From the NCBI GenBank assembly GCA_958418185.1, contig CATZEP010000001.1:13103-77102 (forward strand): 64,000 nt of DNA, written 5' to 3'. This stretch comes from an uncultured Collinsella sp. (lineage in GTDB: Bacteria > Actinomycetota > Coriobacteriia > Coriobacteriales > Coriobacteriaceae). The notes beneath the pieces are model-generated. The model saw nothing but the letters and a program-made list of their open reading frames with translations. It was not told the DNA's origin and did no database searches. Of the stretch, positions 42,814-51,536 are shown piece after piece (the stretch's first letter is position 1; each line of letters starts with the position of its first letter). The position numbers and the translations under genes were made by a program.

Positions 42814-43430
42814 TCCGCGTGTTAATCGTCGAAGACCAGGCCATCCTGCGCGAGAGCCTGGCGCGCTCCGTTGGCGACCAGCCCGATATGACCGTTGTTT
42901 CCGCCATCGCCGATGCCTCCGAGGCTTTGGGTGCCGCGCTCAGGGAGCGTCCGGACATGATACTGATGGACGTATGCACCGAGCATGATTCCAACGGCAT
43001 CGTGGCGGCGGCGCGCATCAAGGAGCAGCTGCCCGAGTGCCGCATCATTATCATGACCGGCATGCCCGAGATCACCTTTGTCGATCAGGCCCGCGAGGCG
43101 GGCGTCGATAGCTTTGTGTACAAGAACGTCGGTATCGACGAGCTGTTCGCCGTGATGCGCTCCACGCTGGCGGGCTATTGCACGTTTCCCAAGCCGCCCG
43201 AGTGCATTTTTTCGGGCACGGCGGCGCTCGACGATGTCGAGCTGTCGATTTTGCGCCTTGCCTGCGAGGGCAAGAGCCGCCGCGAGATCGCGGCCGAGTT
43301 GTTTATGAGTGAGGGCACCATCAAGCGTCGTATCTCGGAGATCCTGAGCAAGACCGGCTACGACAACATCATGCGTCTTGCCGTGCACGCGGTGACCGAA
43401 GGCAGCATCGTCCCCAATATGGAGCGCTAG
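42810..43430 (+). CDS. NarL/LuxR family response regulator
   Basis: VLIVEDQ, PDMILMDV, FVYK, GKSRREIAAELFMSEGTIK. Confidence 0.93.
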   Translation: MIRVLIVEDQAILRESLARSVGDQPDMTVVSAIADASEALGAALRERPDMILMDVCTEHDSNGIVAAARIKEQLPECRIIIMTGMPEITFVDQAREAGVDSFVYKNVGIDELFAVMRSTLAGYCTFPKPPECIFSGTAALDDVELSILRLACEGKSRREIAAELFMSEGTIKRRISEILSKTGYDNIMRLAVHAVTEGSIVPNMER

Positions 43431-43450
43431 CGCTCGTTACGCATCGGCAT

Positions 43451-43491
43451 AAAAACGACGGGGCCGCAGAATTAACTCCTGCGGCCCCGTC
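43451..43491. terminator. Terminator between convergent operons (U-tract on the minus strand)
   Basis: AAAAAC-GACGGGGCCGCAG...CTGCGGCCCCGTC. Confidence 0.8.
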
Positions 43492-43539
43492 TGGTGTGCG
43501 CGGATGTGTCCGCCAATCCGCGGCTGATGTTACGTGCCG

Positions 43540-44382
43540 TTACGCGATGGTTGCGGTGTAAGAGGCGACGTCCTCGTAGGAATCGGTCAGATAGGCGTCG
43601 ATGCCGATGGTCGTGTTGACCAGGTCGTCAAGGCTGTCAAGCTCGCCGTTCGAGAACGTGAATTCCTCAGTGGCGTTAGTGCCGGGCATCAGGTGAGCCG
43701 AGAACCAGGGGTCCTTCATGGTGCCGTTGACATTGGTCTTGCCGGAGGGAGCGTAGAAGGTCAGGTCCTTGTCGCTCTTGTTGGTGATGTTGACGACAAA
43801 GCCGATGTCGCCCCAGTCGTCCTTGAACTTCTCGGTGATGGTGATGGTGCACAGATCGTCATCGGCGACGGTGACAGCGGGGGAGATTTCGACGCTCTGG
43901 ACATCTTCGTCTTCGACGGCCTCATCGATCTCCTCTTCCTTCTCGGCCGCCTCGCGATCCTTCTTCACCGTGCCGGACAGGTCCTTGTCGGACTTGGTAA
44001 AGACAAGATTTCCGTCATCTTCTTCGAGGATGAGTTTGCCGTCCTTGAGCTTCATGTCATACGACTCGTCTTCGGCGGTGAGGGTTACGGTGGTGGCGTC
44101 CTTGGCCTCCCATTTAAGGTCGACGACTTCAAGGAACAGGTCGAGGGCACCTGTACCGTCCTCATCGAGAATCAGGACGCAGTGGACACCCCAATCCTCG
44201 AGCATCTTCATGTACTCATCGGTCAGCTCTTCGCCATCTACGGTTCCACCCGAGAGTTCCCAGCTGCCGACGAAGTTGGCCTTGGGGTCTTTGCCGCCGC
44301 CGCTGCAGCCCGTCAGGGCAAAGGCGAGCGCCAGGACGCATGTCAGAAATGCGAGTACGGACTTTTTGAACGTTGTCTTCAT
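43540..44382 (-). CDS. Acidic lipoprotein of unknown function
   Basis: Signal peptide with lipobox LTGC; FVGSWEL lipocalin-like start; beta-rich C-terminal domain. Confidence 0.8.
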   Translation of the reverse strand: MKTTFKKSVLAFLTCVLALAFALTGCSGGGKDPKANFVGSWELSGGTVDGEELTDEYMKMLEDWGVHCVLILDEDGTGALDLFLEVVDLKWEAKDATTVTLTAEDESYDMKLKDGKLILEEDDGNLVFTKSDKDLSGTVKKDREAAEKEEEIDEAVEDEDVQSVEISPAVTVADDDLCTITITEKFKDDWGDIGFVVNITNKSDKDLTFYAPSGKTNVNGTMKDPWFSAHLMPGTNATEEFTFSNGELDSLDDLVNTTIGIDAYLTDSYEDVASYTATIA

Positions 44383-44463
44383 GGTGTCCTCCTTTATCGA
44401 ACGAAACCCATAGAAGCAAATGCGGGGGTGGCGGACCTCCCCGCCAATTACCGGATAGAGGGG

Positions 44464-45705
44464 CTAGGGCCTGGGCGTTCCGCAGTTGCTGCAGAACTTG
44501 CCGCCGTTTTCGCTGCCGCAGTTGGGGCAGAACCACTTGGCCGGTGCCGGGGCGGGTGCGGGACTGCCGCACTCGGGGCAGAACTTGCCGGTGTTGGTGG
44601 CACCGCAGCTGCAGGTCCACGTGCCGGCCGCGGGGGCAGCGGCAGGAGCCGGTGCGGGGGCGGGTGCCGGAGCCGGCTGCGGGGCGGCCTGCTGCTGTGC
44701 CTGGCCGGCGGCGAACAGCTGGCTGGCGTTCATGCCGCCCATGCCGCCCGCCATGCCCATGCCCATGAAGCCTGCCATCGCGCCGTTGGGGTTGGCGGCT
44801 GCTGCGCGCATCGCATCGCTCTGGGCGCTGGCGATGTTGGCGGCTGCCATGGTGGGATCGCGCATGACCGCGGCCTTCTGCAGGTCCTTGATCATCTGCT
44901 CGTCTTCTTGCGAGGCGGCGATGGAGTTGACGCCAAAGCTCACGATCTCGACACCACGCAGGTCGCGCCAGTCGGCCGAGAGGACCTCGTTGAGCGCGCG
45001 GGCGAGCTCGGTGGTGTGACCGGGGATGGCGCTGTAGCGAATGCCCATCTCCGAGATCTTGGCAAAGGCGGGCTGCAGGGCGGTGAGCAGCTCGGACTTA
45101 AGCTGGCTGTCGATCTTATCGCGCGTGTAGCTATCGGTCACGTTGCCGCACACATTGGTGTAGAACAGCAGCGGGTTGGTGATGCGGTACGAATACTCGC
45201 CGTTGCAGCGCACGGAGATGTCGACGTCCAGACCAATGTTGTTGTCGACCACGCGGAAGGGCACAGGCGAGGCGGTGCCGTACTTGTTGCCGATGATCTC
45301 CTTGGTGTTGATAAAGTAGACGCGCTGGTCCTTGCCCGCGTCGCCGCCAAAGGTAAAACGGCTGCCGATATTGGCGAACGTCTCCTTGATGGAGTCGCCC
45401 AGGTTGCCGCTAAAGACGCTCGGCTCGCTGCCGGTGTCAAAGACAAACTCGCCGGGCTCCAGCGCAACCTCGATGATCTTGCCGTTTTGCACCACGAGCA
45501 TGCCCTGGCCGTCGTTGACGGCGATGACCGAGCCGTTGGAGATGACGTTGTCCTCGCCGCGCGTGTTGGAGCTGCGGCCGCCGGTGCGTTTGCTGCCTTT
45601 GCAAGCCAAGACGTCAGCGGGCATCGATTCGCAATAGATAAATTCTTTCCACTGGTCGGCCATGACGCCGCCGGCAGCTCCCAATCCAGCTCTCAAGAGT
45701 CCCAT
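44464..45705 (-). CDS. SPFH/band-7 domain protein with C-terminal zinc ribbons (YdjI-like)
   Basis: NVISNGSVIAV, RVYFINTKE, CNGEYSYRITNP, Gly/Met-rich linker, WTCSCG..KFCPECG..WFCPNCG..KFCSNCG. Confidence 0.88.
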   Translation of the reverse strand: MGLLRAGLGAAGGVMADQWKEFIYCESMPADVLACKGSKRTGGRSSNTRGEDNVISNGSVIAVNDGQGMLVVQNGKIIEVALEPGEFVFDTGSEPSVFSGNLGDSIKETFANIGSRFTFGGDAGKDQRVYFINTKEIIGNKYGTASPVPFRVVDNNIGLDVDISVRCNGEYSYRITNPLLFYTNVCGNVTDSYTRDKIDSQLKSELLTALQPAFAKISEMGIRYSAIPGHTTELARALNEVLSADWRDLRGVEIVSFGVNSIAASQEDEQMIKDLQKAAVMRDPTMAAANIASAQSDAMRAAAANPNGAMAGFMGMGMAGGMGGMNASQLFAAGQAQQQAAPQPAPAPAPAPAPAAAPAAGTWTCSCGATNTGKFCPECGSPAPAPAPAKWFCPNCGSENGGKFCSNCGTPRP

Positions 45706-45753
45706 GGTGATCTTCCTTTCTCGTCAAAGGCCGGGTGGTATTGGTCAGAATGG

Positions 45754-47076
45754 CTAGTCGTCCTTGTTGTCCTTCATGACAACGGTAGTCTCGGTATGGC
45801 TGAAGGTGTCGTGCTTCTCGGTCAGGTCGAGCTCGCCGCAGTAGCAATCGGCGTGGGTGGCCTCGTTGGCCGTCTTGAGCTGGCCCACCAGTAGCACGTC
45901 TCCGATAATTACGATGATCAGCGGCGCGACGATGTTGATGAGGATGCCCTCGACATCAAAGGTGAGGTAGTCCGGATCGAAGGCATTCCCACCCATAAAG
46001 AGAATCTGGGAGAGGGCAAACCCGATCACAAAGAACAACACCGAGGCGATGGCGAGCTTGGGCTTGGAGCAGGGGAGCTCGCCAACCATGCGACCGGTCT
46101 GGCCGTTCATGGCAAACAGATAACTCTTGCCGTTCCACGAGGTGGAAAGCATCCACACGGGGAACAGGGCGTAGTCGCTGTCTTCCCAGGTGTAGTCGAA
46201 CTGCTTGCTTTCGACCGTGGCGTCGTCATACTCGTCGACGACGGTCTCGCGCAGGGCCGAAATCGTACTTTCTTCCATACGACGCTCGGCACGCGCCTTG
46301 CAGGTCTCGCAATCCTCGTCGTAGCGGTTGGCGATGTAGCCGGGCATATAGGCGACCGAGAACGGGCGCAGCGCGTCGTAGTCAAACGGCTCGATGGCGT
46401 CCATGTGGCCGTCGGGCATCTTGGAGGATCCGTCGACGGGCACGCGCTTAAACGAGATGTTTCCCTTGCGGTAGGCATCGTAGTGGTCGGTGGTCGTGAC
46501 GGTGCGGTCGGATTCCTCGGTTACGGTCTCGTTGGTCGCATCAAAGCACACTTCGCCGTCCACGCGGGCGCCGTAAAGCCAAAACGGCACGTAAACGCCT
46601 TGGACTTCGTCGATATGGTTACCGGTGACAAAGCTCTTGGGCAGCAGAATCTTGCCTTTGTAGTGCTCCTTGAGCGCGGCCATAACGTCATCGCGTCCGA
46701 GCTTAAACGGGATCACCAGGTCGGGTGAGAAGTCGCCCGAGAGCTGGCCGGGCGCCACGGCAGGGTTGCCGCAGTACGGACAGGTGGTGACGGCGACGGT
46801 GCCGTCCGAGACCAGCTCGGCGCCGCACGACGAGCAGATGTAGCCGGTGTTCTGGGCCAGCTCCTGCACGGCATCGTCGACAGCAGGCTTGGGGGCCGCG
46901 GCTGCGGCATCGGCTTTGGCATCGGCCTTGTCCTGGCGCTCGCGATAGAGGGCCTCGACTTCTTCGACTTCAAAACGCGAGTCGCAGTAGTCACAGACGA
47001 GCTTTTGCTCGGCACTGGCAAAGTGAAGGGGGCCGCCACACGCGGGGCACTGATAGTTGACACTCTCGAAGGCCAT
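45754..47076 (-). CDS. TFIIB-type zinc-ribbon membrane protein (YdjG-like)
   Basis: CPACGG, CDYC, CSSCGA, CPYCG, VIPF, YVPFWLY, MNGQTG, two C-terminal TMs. Confidence 0.85.
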   Translation of the reverse strand: MAFESVNYQCPACGGPLHFASAEQKLVCDYCDSRFEVEEVEALYRERQDKADAKADAAAAAPKPAVDDAVQELAQNTGYICSSCGAELVSDGTVAVTTCPYCGNPAVAPGQLSGDFSPDLVIPFKLGRDDVMAALKEHYKGKILLPKSFVTGNHIDEVQGVYVPFWLYGARVDGEVCFDATNETVTEESDRTVTTTDHYDAYRKGNISFKRVPVDGSSKMPDGHMDAIEPFDYDALRPFSVAYMPGYIANRYDEDCETCKARAERRMEESTISALRETVVDEYDDATVESKQFDYTWEDSDYALFPVWMLSTSWNGKSYLFAMNGQTGRMVGELPCSKPKLAIASVLFFVIGFALSQILFMGGNAFDPDYLTFDVEGILINIVAPLIIVIIGDVLLVGQLKTANEATHADCYCGELDLTEKHDTFSHTETTVVMKDNKDD

Positions 47077-47100
47077 GATCGGTCCTTTCCGTGCCGGAGG

Positions 47101-47838
47101 CTATGCGCCGATGGCGCCGCCGCAGTATTCGCAGCGCCCGCTGGCATCGGGAATGGTGGTTGCACCGCAGAAGGGGCAGGTGACCGCGGTCTTGGGGGCC
47201 TTGGCGGCCACGACGCTGTCGCGCGTTTCCTGACGCAGCTGCACCAGCGCGTCGCGGACCTCGGTTGCCTGGCGCTTGGCCTCGCGGTATTCGATGGAAC
47301 CGCGCTGATCGATGGTGGAGTCGTTTACGCGTAGGTTGATCTCGGTAAAGTACGGCGTGTTGACGTGGATGGTCAGATTAAAGTCGTAATCCAGGTCGTA
47401 GCGCGGCGGGTTGTAGCTCTCGCGCTCGCCGTCCTTGGTCTCGCGATAAATTTCGGTGCGATGCTCGTCGATATCCATATCGCAGCCGAGTACCTGCGAG
47501 AACTCGATAATGTCGGGGTTGGCGTCGCGCCAGCGGCTCTGCGAGGTAATGATCAGCAGGCCCGCGTCCTCATCGAGCATAATATTGGTGCGCCCGGCAG
47601 AGAGCGTGCGCGTGGGGTTGAAAGAGGCCAGGCGCTCGGCGTTGGCCTCGCGGTAGGCGAGCTGCTCACGGATATCGTCCGCGGTGCTGGAACGATAGCC
47701 GCCAAAGAAGGGGGAGAGCTTGCCGATGCACTCTTTGCACAGGTAGCCTTCGTTGATCTTGGTCTTCCCCAAAAGTCCCAGCTCGGTACCGCAAATCGCG
47801 CACTCTTTCTTCTCGAACATCTTGTCAAAGAAGCCCAT
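47101..47838 (-). CDS. DUF4428-like double zinc-ribbon protein
   Basis: KECAICG..GYLCKEC; C-terminal CPFCGA..CEYCG. Confidence 0.75.
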   Translation of the reverse strand: MGFFDKMFEKKECAICGTELGLLGKTKINEGYLCKECIGKLSPFFGGYRSSTADDIREQLAYREANAERLASFNPTRTLSAGRTNIMLDEDAGLLIITSQSRWRDANPDIIEFSQVLGCDMDIDEHRTEIYRETKDGERESYNPPRYDLDYDFNLTIHVNTPYFTEINLRVNDSTIDQRGSIEYREAKRQATEVRDALVQLRQETRDSVVAAKAPKTAVTCPFCGATTIPDASGRCEYCGGAIGA

Positions 47839-47934
47839 GGCTGCCTCCCATCAACAGGTAGCGTGTGTCACTTTTGATGATGGGCGAGCGTGCGATCTTT
47901 CACGATACCCAGACGGCTCAAGGAGTCTCCACAA

Positions 47935-48056
47935 CTGGGACACATGGCCCATTTTTGACTAGTCGCTGGGGACGTTCTTAAACGGCTAGTCACTGGGGCC
48001 ACTCTTCCGCCACTCATTGGGGACGCACTTAAATGAGTGGCAGTTGGGGACACTCC
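47935..48056. repeat. Cluster of GGGGAC-core REP-like units (family A copies at 47959-47989 and 48009-48041)
   Basis: CTAGTCGCTGGGGACGTTCTTAAACGGCTAG; GCCACTCATTGGGGACGCACTTAAATGAGTGGC; partial TGGG(G)ACAC units. Confidence 0.8.
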
Positions 48057-48215
48057 TTGCCGAACGTGGGCACCGCATGTTATTGGATGTTTGATCAACG
48101 CTTTCTTAAAAATGTTCAATAGAGGTAAATTCTGATTGAGATTATGCTGGAATATATCAAATTACAATTTGAATTTTGCAGTTATCCCAGTTAAAATGGG
48201 CAAAAGGAGGCAAGC

Positions 48216-49556
48216 ATGCTCAAGCGTAAAATTATCGAGAAAATTGAAAACTGGAAACAGACTAAAACCGGGCAGGGACTGCTTATTACCGGTGCTCGAC
48301 AGGTTGGCAAAACAAGCGCTGTCGAGCAGTTTGCCCGTGACAACTACAGAAGCTTCCTGAAAATTGACTTCGTGGAGAGACCTGACGCGGTCGAGCTCAT
48401 AGGGGAGGCAAAGAGCCTCGATGACCTCATTGTGAGAATCACCGCACTGTCTTCATCGCCTATTGCTTCGGATGCGAAGACGCTTCTGTTTTTTGATGAG
48501 GTGCAGCGTTGCGGAGACGCCATCACCTGGATGCGTTACCTTGCACAAGACAATCGCTTCGATGTTATCTACTCCGGTTCCATGCTCGGGGTCGAGGCGT
48601 ATCATTATCGGTCGTTGCCAGTGGGTACTATCGATATCCTTGAGATGTTTCCCATGGATTTCGAAGAATTCTCCTGGGCTCTGGGAGTCGATAAATCATT
48701 GTGGGATATCGTTCGAGCCTGTTACCGCAAACGGGAACAGGTGCCCCCATTTATTCACAAACGGCTGGTCGAGACGTATTACCGGTATGTTCTTGTGGGC
48801 GGCATGCCTGAGGCTGTTCAGCTGTTCGTCTCGACTCATGATACGCAGGCGATGCGCGCTCGCCAGCAGGGCATCCTCGAGGCATATCGTGCGGATATCG
48901 TACGGTACGCCGAAACCCCTGCGCATGCTCAGCGGATCAGGACGATCTACGATGCCATGCCCGCGCAGCTTAATAAAGAGAACAAGCGCTTTCTCGTTAC
49001 CGGGATAGACAAGCGGAAGCGTTTTTTGGATCTGCAACCCGATTTTGACTGGCTTGTTAATGCGGGCGTTGCGATTCCGGTTAAGAGGGCGAGCGAGCCG
49101 ATGTTTCCCTTGGGTCTTTCGCGGGAAGACAGCTTTTTCAAGTTTTATCTGAGCGATGTTGGTCTACTGTTTTCTACTTTTTCTCCCGCCGATGTTGAGG
49201 CCATTGTTGCGCAGCGGGATTCGGTCAACTTCGGGCAGGCTTTTGAGAATGCAGTAGCCCAGGAGCTGCGCGCATGCGGCTATTCTTCGTTGTTCTACTT
49301 TAACGCGGCGAAGGTTGGAGAAGTCGATTTTTTAATCGAGGATAAGCGGAGTCCCATCGTGTTGCCTGTCGAGGTCAAATCGGGTAGATACAGCACGAAG
49401 CACGCTGCCCTTGACCGCCTGATGAGCGTTGAAAACTATGGATTGACTCAGGCGGTCGTGCTTCACCGGGATAACGTGGTGGATGAAAAGACGATATTGT
49501 ATCTGCCCTTATATATGGCGGCCCTGTTAAAAGAAATGCCACAGATGAAGGGTTGA
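48216..49556 (+). CDS. AAA_14 / DUF4143 ATPase with C-terminal PD-(D/E)xK-like motif; lower GC
   Basis: GARQVGKT, FFDEVQ, SGS, PMDFEEF, VGGMPE, KFYLSDVGL, FEN, EVDF, PVEVKS. Confidence 0.9.
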   Translation: MLKRKIIEKIENWKQTKTGQGLLITGARQVGKTSAVEQFARDNYRSFLKIDFVERPDAVELIGEAKSLDDLIVRITALSSSPIASDAKTLLFFDEVQRCGDAITWMRYLAQDNRFDVIYSGSMLGVEAYHYRSLPVGTIDILEMFPMDFEEFSWALGVDKSLWDIVRACYRKREQVPPFIHKRLVETYYRYVLVGGMPEAVQLFVSTHDTQAMRARQQGILEAYRADIVRYAETPAHAQRIRTIYDAMPAQLNKENKRFLVTGIDKRKRFLDLQPDFDWLVNAGVAIPVKRASEPMFPLGLSREDSFFKFYLSDVGLLFSTFSPADVEAIVAQRDSVNFGQAFENAVAQELRACGYSSLFYFNAAKVGEVDFLIEDKRSPIVLPVEVKSGRYSTKHAALDRLMSVENYGLTQAVVLHRDNVVDEKTILYLPLYMAALLKEMPQMKG

Positions 49557-49662
49557 GAGTTTAAGACACGCGATGCGGCTGTGGAAAATTCGGCATTGTG
49601 AGATGGAATACTGACCTCGCGAGAATCCATTCTCCTCCAAGGGTAGGCTTGCTAAGACAGCC

Positions 49663-49760
49663 AAGGCCACCGCAAAACCGCCAGGTACTTTTGCGGTGGC
49701 CTTTCTGGTTGGCGCCGCTTGCCGGCCACCGCAAATGTGCTTGGTGCGATCGTGGTGGTT
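49663..49760. repeat. Array of alternately oriented GGCCACCGCAAA units
   Basis: GGCCACCGCAAAA-11-TTTTGCGGTGGCC-22-GGCCACCGCAAAT-11-degenerate inverse. Confidence 0.65.
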
Positions 49761-51270
49761 ACGCCACGGTCACGGCAACCTGGGCGTAGCGGCTGCAGGG
49801 GCGCTCGGCGCGTGTCTGCACGGTAAGGGTGAGCACAAAGCGGTCGCCGGGCTGCGCGTCGGCGGGCACGATGAAAGTGGTACTCACCGTGCATTCCTGC
49901 CACAGCGAAAGATCCTGCGCGCCTGCATAGCTCGACGGGTTCATGGCGACATTCCAATGTGCATCGAAGCCCTTGTCGTCGGGGTCGACGATGGTTGCCG
50001 CAAGGGCGACGCGCTCGCCGGCTGTGGCGCTGCGGTCGGCCGTGACCTCGACAACATGTGCCGGATGCGAGCAAGCTGCCGGATCGTGGGCGCACCATTG
50101 CGCGCGGGCGGCAAAGTCTTCCTGATAGGCGCGCAGATAGGGATTGGGGTTGTCGCCTGCGGGCGTGCCGATGGCGGCAAAACCGGCGGGTGCGTCCGCA
50201 TCGGGATGCCCATCAAGAAACATGCGGCCGAGCAGCGTGTCGAAGCCGCGGTCATCGATACCGCGCAGGCCAAACGGCAGCAGCGGAATATAGGTCATGC
50301 TGTCGCCTTCGGCCATAAAGTCGCCGCGCTCAAACTGCATCGCGGGCATGCCTTCTAGACCCCAATCCAGACGGGCATGCTTGCCAAACTGAAAGCGCTC
50401 GGGCTCGTTTTCGTAGACCTTGCCATCGCCATAGAGCATATAGCGCGCCATAAGGGGGCCGTTTTCCTGCGTGAGGTTTTGCTCGGGCCAAGGAGCCTTA
50501 AACAGTGGCAGCGAATCGGGCTGCGCCATCTTGGCGTCGACATAGCCGCCATACATATAGGGCACACGCCAAAAGATGAGCTCGGGAAAGAGCTCGCGTC
50601 CATGGTCGAGCCATGAGTTGTCCTGCCCTATGCCATCGGCAACGCCCATCACGCGCACCTTCCGATAGACCCGCTGCTGCACGGCGGGCCATTCGGGCAT
50701 GGCGCGATAACGCTCGGCAATACTCATGAGGGCGCGAACAATGGTGTTCATGCCACCCCAGCTGAGCAGCCATAATGTACGCGGGTCATCATCCAAAATT
50801 GCCTGCGCAATTACGCGAGACCCCTCAGTTTCCTCGGCCACATCACCCTCAAAGGCAACATTTCCCACAAAGGTGCGCTCGATCATCTGGGCAGGCGTGG
50901 GATACGGCGGCTCACCGGCAGCGTCCGCATTCGCCTGCAACTGCGGCCAAGCTTGGGCATATTCATTACTCCAGAGACTCTCAATCCAATGCTCGGGAAA
51001 CGGCCGATACTCACGAAGCCCGCCGGCCAGCGGATCGGGATCATGAGGCACAACATCCCACTCATAAGAGCGACGACCCTTAGTCCGCCAATGCGAATTC
51101 ACCTCACCGAGCGTATGAACCCCATCCCCAAGAAAGTGATACTGCGAAGCCGTATACACCACAGCCTGAACATCAAGCACATTAAGATACAGAGCCAAAT
51201 GAATGAGCGAGTTCATATCATCGACTTCCATATCAGTGGTAACAATCACCCGAGTCAAATTCTGGGACAT
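49759..51270 (-). CDS. DUF1593 nucleoside-hydrolase-like protein with C-terminal Ig-like domain
   Basis: RVIVTTDMEVDDMNSLIHL, WGGMNT, GQD, EGDS, DFAARAQW, DPD, RYAQV. Confidence 0.8.
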   Translation of the reverse strand: MSQNLTRVIVTTDMEVDDMNSLIHLALYLNVLDVQAVVYTASQYHFLGDGVHTLGEVNSHWRTKGRRSYEWDVVPHDPDPLAGGLREYRPFPEHWIESLWSNEYAQAWPQLQANADAAGEPPYPTPAQMIERTFVGNVAFEGDVAEETEGSRVIAQAILDDDPRTLWLLSWGGMNTIVRALMSIAERYRAMPEWPAVQQRVYRKVRVMGVADGIGQDNSWLDHGRELFPELIFWRVPYMYGGYVDAKMAQPDSLPLFKAPWPEQNLTQENGPLMARYMLYGDGKVYENEPERFQFGKHARLDWGLEGMPAMQFERGDFMAEGDSMTYIPLLPFGLRGIDDRGFDTLLGRMFLDGHPDADAPAGFAAIGTPAGDNPNPYLRAYQEDFAARAQWCAHDPAACSHPAHVVEVTADRSATAGERVALAATIVDPDDKGFDAHWNVAMNPSSYAGAQDLSLWQECTVSTTFIVPADAQPGDRFVLTLTVQTRAERPCSRYAQVAVTVA

Positions 51271-51399
51271 AGGAGCAGCTCCAATCAAAATCAATTCAGC
51301 CAGTTACGCGCGAGGCAAGACGGGACCCACGCCCCCATCGCCACCGACCCGGCGTGCTGCCGGAAGCGCCCGGCCAGCGTTTCGAACAACGTTAACTTA

Positions 51400-51526
51400 G
51401 GGGGCCCTGACCTTTAGTTTTGTAAACATTCCGCAGCGCGGGCCCCGCTTATCCGATGCTCCGAAGGAGCAGGATAAGCGGGGCTCAGGCGCGAGGACGT
51501 TTACAAAACTAAAGGTCAGGGCCCCC
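51400..51526. mobile_element. 127-bp hairpin element with perfect 28-bp terminal inverted repeats (MITE/REP-like)
   Basis: GGGGGCCCTGACCTTTAGTTTTGTAAAC ... GTTTACAAAACTAAAGGTCAGGGCCCCC; inner stem CCCCGCTTATCC/GGATAAGCGGGG with TGCTCC-GAA-GGAGCA apex. Confidence 0.75.
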
Positions 51527-51536
51527 GATGGGATGG

